Shown: in pieces, positions 6,272-12,729 of the stretch
Layout of the letters: each line of letters begins with the position of its first letter
Position numbering within the stretch: the first letter of the stretch is position 1
DNA from: an uncultured bacterium
Lineage (GTDB): Bacteria; Hydrothermota; UBA3073; NMUJ01
DNA: 12,729 bases
Direction: 5' to 3'
NCBI GenBank assembly: GCA_965612795.1
Contig: CBFDTI010000035.1
Span: forward strand, 1 to 12,729
Translations under genes and position numbers: made by a program
Notes under the pieces: generated by a model
What the model saw: only the letters and a program-made list of their open reading frames with translations
Database searches by the model: none
What the model was told of the DNA's origin: nothing

Positions 6272-8176
6272 ATGCGTAAGTGTCTGCTAGTAGCTATAGG
6301 GGTGATAGTCACTGGATGTGTAACTTATAGGGTTAACTATGCACCGTTGTTGAATACAATAACAACCGAACAATATAAAGATGCGAATGCAGTTATAGTA
6401 TTCGATTCACTAAAATATTATGTGGAACGTGACGGTAAATGTAAGTCGTATCATCATAGGTTGGTTAAAATATTCACCACCACAGGTAAGAGCGAGTTTG
6501 CCGAACCTGTGTTCTACTACTACGAAACCTATAGCAAGCTGAAGGTTAAACTTGCAAGAGTGATAAAATCAGATGGTCGTGTGGTGAAAGTACCAAAAGA
6601 AAATATCAAAGAATTTCCGATGCCAGCATGGGAAGGGTCGAAGTTCTTTTTACCCAACGTATATGTTGTAAAAATCGTATACCCAGCACTCGAAACAGGT
6701 GATGCTATCGAATATATTGTCGAAGAGAACATATATAATCCGCCCATGGATTCGAATTTCGACCTGTTTTGTATGTTTGAAGAGAACGAACCCGTACGTG
6801 AGAAAGTAGTAATTATCGACCTACCGGTAGATATGCCGGTTAAGTGGAAGGTTAAAAACGGTAGACTTGAAATTGATAGTCTCATAAAGCGGGATAGGAT
6901 AACATATGTGTTTCATAAGGAGGATATACCCAAGATTGTAAGGGAACCCCTTATGCCGCCAATACGGGAGATAGCACTAAAGTTGTTGGTGACTACGGTG
7001 CCATCGTTTGAGGTATGGTCCAGCTGGTACTATAAGCTGGCGAGTAAAAACTTCGTGGTGGATAGCAGCTTAAGGGCCAAAATACATGAACTTACGGATA
7101 CACTGGAGAGTTTGGATGCAAAGATACGTGCACTGTTTCTGTTCGTAAGTAATAACATACGGTACGTGGAGACTAAGCTAACTGGTAAGAAAGGCGGTTA
7201 CGAGCCTGCACCTGCCACGGTTACGTTTAATCGCAAATATGGAGTATGCCGTGACAAAGCGGCATTGTTAGTTACCATGTTACGTGAGATAGGCGTAGAC
7301 GCATATATAGTACTGTGTAATCCCACAATGCGTATAGATCAAGATATTGCAGTGGATGAGTTCAACCACGCAGTAGTCGCCATTAAAAAGGACGGTGGAT
7401 ACGAATTCCTCGACCCTACTGTAGAGAATACCACCGAATACCTTCTGGCTTATGAAGAAGGTAAGCAGATGCTGGTGTGTGACGAAGATGGCGAGCCATT
7501 ACGTACAATACCATACTCAAAACCTGACAAACACGCACTGAAGGTGACCCTCCAGATGGAGATAGATACATCATGCTCCGTGATAGGGAGGCTTCACTTT
7601 AGTACGAAAGGATTTTACGATTGGGTATTCCGTAATATGTTCAAGAAGATGCCGGTTGAGTTTAGGCGCCAGCTGTTTCAACAAATGGTGACAGAGTTGG
7701 GCCCAAATGCGGTACTTGATAGTTTCTCGATGACGGAACTGGATAACTTTGACGAAAATGTGCGGTTCACATTATACTATCACATGAGTGAATTTGGCGT
7801 AAAATACGGTAATGAGTATAGGTTTAAGCTGGGTGGCAGCGGTGGATTCCAACTTGGTGGTAATCCGTTTGCGCTTGAGGAACGCCATTACCCTTTGTTT
7901 ATGCATACAGTGATGCAGACAGAAAGTAAGGCGGTTGTTAAACTACCTGAGGGGTATAGAGTTAAACATCTACCCGAGGATATGCAACTGGATAGCGAGC
8001 AACTCGAGAGTTACGTAAAATATGAGGTTGTGGGTGATACAATCTTTGTGACCAGCTATTCATGTGTGAAAGATCCCTTCATACCGGTAACGGTATACCC
8101 TGAAATTAAACGCAAATTTGACAAATTGCAACAATTAGCACAACAGGACATAGTTTTGGAGAGGAAGAAATTTTAA
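6272..8176 (+). CDS. DUF3857 + transglutaminase-like cysteine protease domain lipoprotein (probable C-terminal DUF3858-like domain)
   Basis: Lipoprotein signal MRKCLLVAIGVIVTG|C16. DUF3857-like N-terminal region (HRLVKIFT..G..EFA; ARVIKSDGRVV; IVYPALETGDAIEY). Transglutaminase-like triad YGVC326RDKA / FNH366AVV / FLD381PT is intact. Confidence 0.85.
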   Translation: MRKCLLVAIGVIVTGCVTYRVNYAPLLNTITTEQYKDANAVIVFDSLKYYVERDGKCKSYHHRLVKIFTTTGKSEFAEPVFYYYETYSKLKVKLARVIKSDGRVVKVPKENIKEFPMPAWEGSKFFLPNVYVVKIVYPALETGDAIEYIVEENIYNPPMDSNFDLFCMFEENEPVREKVVIIDLPVDMPVKWKVKNGRLEIDSLIKRDRITYVFHKEDIPKIVREPLMPPIREIALKLLVTTVPSFEVWSSWYYKLASKNFVVDSSLRAKIHELTDTLESLDAKIRALFLFVSNNIRYVETKLTGKKGGYEPAPATVTFNRKYGVCRDKAALLVTMLREIGVDAYIVLCNPTMRIDQDIAVDEFNHAVVAIKKDGGYEFLDPTVENTTEYLLAYEEGKQMLVCDEDGEPLRTIPYSKPDKHALKVTLQMEIDTSCSVIGRLHFSTKGFYDWVFRNMFKKMPVEFRRQLFQQMVTELGPNAVLDSFSMTELDNFDENVRFTLYYHMSEFGVKYGNEYRFKLGGSGGFQLGGNPFALEERHYPLFMHTVMQTESKAVVKLPEGYRVKHLPEDMQLDSEQLESYVKYEVVGDTIFVTSYSCVKDPFIPVTVYPEIKRKFDKLQQLAQQDIVLERKKF

Positions 8177-8225
8177 CACTTATTGATGAGTTGAAATGTG
8201 GAGTTAGAGATTGGGGTTAAAATCA

Positions 8226-8232
8226 AGGAGGT
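8226..8232 (+). promoter_or_regulatory. Shine-Dalgarno site (AGGAGGT)
   Basis: AGGAGGT at 8226-8232; ATG at 8236. Confidence 0.75.
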
Positions 8233-8235
8233 GAC

Positions 8236-9945
8236 ATGTGGATGTGGATGATACTTCTGGTGACAGCTGATGCAAAAATACTATTGGATAGCACGTATGT
8301 TAAGTTAGATGGAAATGGAATACGAACGTATCGTCATTATAAGATTGAGATATTGACTGAACGTGGCCGTGATACATACGGCGATGTGAAGGTACGTTAC
8401 AACAAGGACGAGTATGAGTTCAATATCATACGAGCGGTAACAATATTGCCGGACGGTAGGGAAGTGGAACCTGAACCAAAAGCGATCGCTGATGTAAGCC
8501 CACCTGAAGTATACAATGCGCCGATGTATGCGAATCTAAGAATGAAGGTGGTAACCTTTCCAGCGCTTAAACCTGGTGCAATAATCGACTACGAATATGA
8601 AATTGTACCTAAGAAGCGACCAAAGGAGCGACCTAAACTCTACGGTGATGTGGTGTTTAGTGAATACGAACCTATTAAGAAGAAGGTTTTTGTGCTGGAG
8701 ATACCAAAAGATATAACGTTGCATTATAACTTGAAGCCCAAAGTGTATGAGAACAGTGACCATACAATTTATGTGTGGGGATACGAAAATATTCGCAGGA
8801 TAAAGCGTGAACCCTACAGCCCATCATTAAGAGAGATAGGCCCTACACTCTACTACAGTGAATTCAGCGGTTGGGAAGAACTAGGTGATTGGCTACGTGA
8901 CCAGCTTAAGGCCAAAGGTAAGCCACCCCAATTGAGTTACAACAATATAGACGAACTTGTGGAGTATATAAAAACTGGTATCCGGACAGTACCTATAAGT
9001 TTGGAGTGGACGGGATTCAAACCTAATCCCGCAACTAAGGTATATGCGAATAAATATGCTGATAGCAAAGATAAGGTAGCACTATTTACGACATTGGTGG
9101 ATAATGCATATCCGGTGTTGGTGGCACCTTCATTGTTTAGCCTAGATGTCAAGATAGCTACACCTAGTATATTTGCTAAGATGATAGTTGCAATTGCGGA
9201 TGAGCATGGCTTAAGATTTGAGGATCTGGTGGATGAGTTTGGAGATGTGGGTTATACAAGATATGAAGGATACATGGGGTTTGTGGTTGCCTCAGATAGT
9301 GTGTATTTTGTGACAATAGAAAATAGAGTAAAGAATCACGAAAAGCTAACATTTGATGGAGTAATCGATACAAACGGGACACTTACCGGGGAGTTCAATG
9401 GCCATTTCATAGGCCGTACAGCGGCAGACCTACGGCATGCGTTACGTGGCAAATCAGCAACTGAATTACGTAACTGGTTTGAACAACGAGTTGCAGGTAT
9501 AAAGCCTGGATGTAAACTCATGGGATATGAGATTGATGGATTGGACACACTTCTAGGAGGGATAACCATAAGAATAGAGGTGGAATGTCCAAATTACTAC
9601 ATTGAAAATAGTAGCATCACTATACCGGCGAAAATACTCGGTATAGATGTAGGTAGATATTTCCAACTATCAAAAAGAAGTAACCGGCTCACTATATACG
9701 AAGGAAATAAGTGGGAATATACTGTAACACTTAATATGGAAGGGTTTACCCCCACGTACCTGCCAGAGAAGACAGTAGCTACTAGGGCCTTCGAAGGTAA
9801 GATCAGAAGTGAAGTTAAAGATGGTACCATAATATGGCAGGAAGAAGGGTATATCAAACGCTGTATGCTATGTCCATGTAAGTATCCACAAATACGAGAA
9901 GAAGTGACCTCATTCTTATTAAATAAGTGGCGTATGGTTATGTAA
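8236..9945 (+). CDS. DUF3857 + degenerate transglutaminase-like domain protein, paralogue of the upstream gene
   Basis: Same architecture: IEILTERGRDTYGDV; AVTILPDGREV; VVTFPALKPGAIIDYEY; FKPNPATKVYANKYADSKDKVAL. The triad positions read S277/K315/D330. Short hydrophobic leader. Confidence 0.8.
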   Translation: MWMWMILLVTADAKILLDSTYVKLDGNGIRTYRHYKIEILTERGRDTYGDVKVRYNKDEYEFNIIRAVTILPDGREVEPEPKAIADVSPPEVYNAPMYANLRMKVVTFPALKPGAIIDYEYEIVPKKRPKERPKLYGDVVFSEYEPIKKKVFVLEIPKDITLHYNLKPKVYENSDHTIYVWGYENIRRIKREPYSPSLREIGPTLYYSEFSGWEELGDWLRDQLKAKGKPPQLSYNNIDELVEYIKTGIRTVPISLEWTGFKPNPATKVYANKYADSKDKVALFTTLVDNAYPVLVAPSLFSLDVKIATPSIFAKMIVAIADEHGLRFEDLVDEFGDVGYTRYEGYMGFVVASDSVYFVTIENRVKNHEKLTFDGVIDTNGTLTGEFNGHFIGRTAADLRHALRGKSATELRNWFEQRVAGIKPGCKLMGYEIDGLDTLLGGITIRIEVECPNYYIENSSITIPAKILGIDVGRYFQLSKRSNRLTIYEGNKWEYTVTLNMEGFTPTYLPEKTVATRAFEGKIRSEVKDGTIIWQEEGYIKRCMLCPCKYPQIREEVTSFLLNKWRMVM

Positions 9946-9946
9946 A

Positions 9947-9953
9947 GGGAGGT
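9947..9953 (+). promoter_or_regulatory. Shine-Dalgarno site (GGGAGGT)
   Basis: GGGAGGT at 9947-9953 places the start at ATG9958 rather than GTG9952. Confidence 0.7.
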
Positions 9954-9957
9954 GAAG

Positions 9958-11208
9958 ATGGGTCTTACATTGGCTGAGAAAATATTGAGCGAGAAAGTTG
10001 GCCACACCGTAAAAGCTGGCGATATAGTAGTGACACCGGTCGATGTGGCTGCAGCACAGGATGGGACAGGGCCACTTGCGGCAAGACAGATAGAGGAACT
10101 CACCAAACAGCTGAATATTGATAAACTGCGTGCTCCTGAGGTGATATTCTTTATAGACCATGCTGCCCCAAGTCCACGTAAGGAGCTATCGAATGACCAT
10201 AAATACTTAAGGGAGTTTACAAAAAAATATGGCGTGAAACTATCAGATGTAGGTGAAGGTGTAATACATCAGCGGTTGGTGGAGGAGTTTGTGAAACCCG
10301 GTGATGTGGTGGTGGGTGCGGATTCACATACGACGACGTCGGGTGCATTGTGTGCATTCGCTACCGGTATGGGTTCAACCGATGTGGCGGTAGCTATGAC
10401 GTTGGGTAAGACTTGGCTTAAGGTGCCAGAGAGCTTTAAAGTTATATACAAAGGTAAGATGCCGCCAAACGTCTACTCGAAAGACATTATGTTATACTTT
10501 ATAGGGATGATAGGGGCGGATGGCGCTACATATAAGGCGTTAGAGTTTGGAGGTCCTGTCATTGAGCAGATGCCCATGGAGGAACGGTTTGTGTTGAGCA
10601 ATATGGCAGTAGAGGCAGGTGCTAAGGTGGGCCTCATTGCATCAGACAATAAGACACGTGAATACCTTGAAATGCAAGGTAGGGGAGATGAATGGCGTCC
10701 TATAGCAGCAGATGATGATGCCGAATATGAGAAAATAATAGAGATAGATGTATCGGAACTTGAACCCCAGGTAGCATTCCCACATAGGGTGGATAACGTG
10801 CATCCGGTCTCTGAAGCTAAGGGTATAAAGGTAGACCAGGTGTATATAGGTACATGTACTAATGGAAGGGTGGAAGACTTAAGAGTAGCAGCTAAGATAC
10901 TCGAAGGTAATAAGGTACACCCAGATGTAAGGCTGATCGTTGTACCAGCATCTAGGAGAGTATTTCTACAAGCACTTAAGGAAGGGTTGATCGAAATATT
11001 CGTTAAAGCAGGTGCAACAGTATTGGGCCCCGGTTGTGGGCCATGTGTTGGTGTACATGAAGGAGTATTGGCAAACGGTGAGGTATGCCTATCATCGCAG
11101 AACCGTAACTTCAAAGGCAGGATGGGCAACCCCGACGGTTTCATATATCTGGCGTCACCCGCGGTATGCGCGGCGTCGGCGATTAAGGGCGAAATAACTG
11201 CACCATAG
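9958..11208 (+). CDS. leuC: 3-isopropylmalate dehydratase / homoaconitase family large subunit (LeuC/HacA/DmdA type, [4Fe-4S])
   Basis: MGLTLAEKIL start; QDGTGP, FIDHAAP, GEGVIHQ, GADSHTTTSGA, GMGSTD, SNMAVEAGAK; three cluster cysteines in IGTCTNGR and GPGCGPCVG; SQNRNFKGRMG; YLASPAVCAASAIKG. About 416 aa, the short archaeal-like type. Substrate (leucine vs lysine or other) cannot be fixed from sequence alone. Confidence 0.88.
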   Translation: MGLTLAEKILSEKVGHTVKAGDIVVTPVDVAAAQDGTGPLAARQIEELTKQLNIDKLRAPEVIFFIDHAAPSPRKELSNDHKYLREFTKKYGVKLSDVGEGVIHQRLVEEFVKPGDVVVGADSHTTTSGALCAFATGMGSTDVAVAMTLGKTWLKVPESFKVIYKGKMPPNVYSKDIMLYFIGMIGADGATYKALEFGGPVIEQMPMEERFVLSNMAVEAGAKVGLIASDNKTREYLEMQGRGDEWRPIAADDDAEYEKIIEIDVSELEPQVAFPHRVDNVHPVSEAKGIKVDQVYIGTCTNGRVEDLRVAAKILEGNKVHPDVRLIVVPASRRVFLQALKEGLIEIFVKAGATVLGPGCGPCVGVHEGVLANGEVCLSSQNRNFKGRMGNPDGFIYLASPAVCAASAIKGEITAP

Positions 11209-11209
11209 T

Positions 11210-12274
11210 ATGAACGTATATGAGATTGTAGAATGGCTTAGTTATTATGGTGATGTGAGGGAATGGTCGGAAGAGGAAGGTGTAATCAAGGTCTCATATG
11301 TACCACGTATATCAACGAGGGAACTATTTCGTAACATAAGGAATCAACTTGTAGGTTATACACCACTCCTGAGAAAAGGTACCTATCCAAGGGAAGTAGT
11401 ACTATATCTGGTACCACGTCCCAAATATATTGAGGCAACCTCGTACCGGTTGAATATCCTGTTGTTGATAGCGACACTATTTACGACGATGCTGGCAGGT
11501 GCGATACTGGCGGGGGTGGACCCGTTCCGTAATCCCGCAAATATATTGAAAGGGCTACCGTTTTCATTAGCCATAATGTTTATACTGGGGTCGCATGAGT
11601 TGGGTCACTACATCATGTGCAGAAGGCTCGGAGTAGAGGCCACATTACCGTTTTTTATACCTGTACCACCACCATTTATTCTGGGTACGTTTGGTGCTGT
11701 CATAAGGATACGTAGCCCCATACCCGACAAGTCTGCACTGATGAAAATAGGGGTGATGGGCCCACTTGTGGGTTTCATTGTATCTATACCCATAATCCTG
11801 GTAGGGTTGAAGTTATCCACGTTGACGGTGATAATACCAGAAGAGATGCCATACTTTAAACTGGGACGCTCGATACTGTTTTCAGTGTTGGTAAACCTGT
11901 TGTATGGTGAATTACCAGAGAATTACTCATTACTATTGCATCCGGTGGCGTTTGCGGGTTGGGTTGGCCTATTTATCACAGCGCTTAACCTGTTACCTAT
12001 AGGGCAGTTCGACGGCGGGCATATAAGTTATGCGATGTTTGGTGAGAAATATCATCCCAAGGTTATGATGGCTATGTTTGTGATACTGATGGGGTTGGGC
12101 TTTCTTTGGCCGGGTTACTTTTTGTGGGCATTCCTTGGCATTATAGTGGGGTTCAAACATCCAAAGCCACTCGATAGCGTAACACCGTTGACCTCACAAG
12201 ATAAAGTATTAGGCATAGTTGCATTAGTCATGCTAATACTGACGTTTGTGCCACGTCCGTTTGCAATTAGATGA
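11210..12274 (+). CDS. Site-2 protease family (peptidase M50) intramembrane zinc metalloprotease
   Basis: HELGH zinc motif (H129, nt 11594), LPFFIP...LGTFGAVIRI, GPLVGF, LHPVAFAGWVGLFITALNLLPIGQFDGGHI (NLLP-x3-DG motif), several transmembrane helices and a short soluble N-terminal domain. Confidence 0.93.
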   Translation: MNVYEIVEWLSYYGDVREWSEEEGVIKVSYVPRISTRELFRNIRNQLVGYTPLLRKGTYPREVVLYLVPRPKYIEATSYRLNILLLIATLFTTMLAGAILAGVDPFRNPANILKGLPFSLAIMFILGSHELGHYIMCRRLGVEATLPFFIPVPPPFILGTFGAVIRIRSPIPDKSALMKIGVMGPLVGFIVSIPIILVGLKLSTLTVIIPEEMPYFKLGRSILFSVLVNLLYGELPENYSLLLHPVAFAGWVGLFITALNLLPIGQFDGGHISYAMFGEKYHPKVMMAMFVILMGLGFLWPGYFLWAFLGIIVGFKHPKPLDSVTPLTSQDKVLGIVALVMLILTFVPRPFAIR

Positions 12275-12324
12275 AGGCAAAATAAATTTAACGATCTTTC
12301 AGAAACTATATACCAGAATGCAGA

Positions 12325-12729
12325 TTAAAAGGTTCGGTGATTATGACGTAACATATGAATAAGGATTGCACGCTTGATACGCGTGTATTTAGCGTAAGCT
12401 GGATGTTTAGTGAACAGGAACTCACCTATTGCCTTATCGTCACCATCTGGTATTTCACCGATTTTCCGTTGTGTGAGTTCAAGGTTCTTTTTCTCCATGT
12501 TGATGATATGTGTGAACATATCCTGTGGCAGTGCAGACATTACAGCTATAAACTTTAGGTTATAATCTGGGCCGAACACCTTTTCAAAAACGTACCGCGT
12601 ACGTTTGAGATGAAACTCCGACGTCACCACCATTACATTACGCCAGCCACGTGGCTTGATTATCCTAACTTTCGGGAAATACGCATTACCTATGGTATCA
12701 CGGGCTTCCTCATCCAGTAATATCTTATC
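12325..12729 (-). CDS. YdcF/DUF218 (ElyC/SanA-like) family protein, 3' part; starts beyond the window
   Basis: The minus frame is open from the window edge: DKILLDEEARDTIGNAYFPKVRIIKPRGWRNVMVVTSEFHLKRTRYVFEKVFG... This matches the DUF218 motifs 'E..s.dT..NA' and 'vVTs.fHm.Ra...f'. The ORF-track start at 12633 is internal. Confidence 0.85.
   Translation of the reverse strand, partial: DKILLDEEARDTIGNAYFPKVRIIKPRGWRNVMVVTSEFHLKRTRYVFEKVFGPDYNLKFIAVMSALPQDMFTHIINMEKKNLELTQRKIGEIPDGDDKAIGEFLFTKHPAYAKYTRIKRAILIHMLRHNHRTF

Noticed and set aside
8191..8223. Internal promoter TTGAAA...TAAAAT before the second DUF3857 gene
   Set aside because: The spacer is 21 nt, too long for a sigma70 promoter.
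9597..10161. 169-aa and 80-aa minus-strand ORFs spanning the DUF3857/leuC junction
   Set aside because: Antisense to two well-supported genes; no family motifs.
10473..11144. 223-aa minus-strand ORF
   Set aside because: Antisense shadow of leuC; Ser/Pro/Thr-rich with no recognisable motif or SD.
12275..12324. Bidirectional intrinsic terminator between the converging M50 protease and DUF218 genes
   Set aside because: No GC-rich hairpin with a U-tract is visible.
1..12729. CRISPR arrays, tRNA/rRNA, IS elements or long repeats
   Set aside because: The window is almost wholly protein-coding; no repeat-spacer periodicity, cloverleaf, transposase or integrase was seen.

Overview
Gene-dense, moderately AT-rich window from a Gram-negative (diderm) bacterium, judged from beta-barrel proteins, a lipoprotein and strong AGGAGG Shine-Dalgarno sites. 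The short AhcY and HacA/LeuC-type dehydratase resemble those of deep-branching or thermophilic anaerobes; that lineage call is inference only. The left part (1-4839, +) is a tightly coupled operon of exported proteins: the unannotated tail of an outer-membrane barrel gene, a large protein with two ComEA-type helix-hairpin-helix (HhH) domains fused to a beta-barrel, a FadL/PorV-like barrel, a single-HKD Nuc-type PLD endonuclease, and a 5'-nucleotidase-fold protein that has lost its metal-binding residues. Together these look like a candidate extracellular DNA capture and degradation system, the most interesting thing here. Next come a convergent ahcY (S-adenosylhomocysteine hydrolase), a divergent run of two DUF3857/transglutaminase-like paralogues (one catalytically intact lipoprotein, one pseudoenzyme), an orphan LeuC/HacA large subunit, an M50 site-2 protease, and the 3' part of a YdcF/DUF218 gene on the minus strand. 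No RNA genes, CRISPR arrays or mobile elements were seen.
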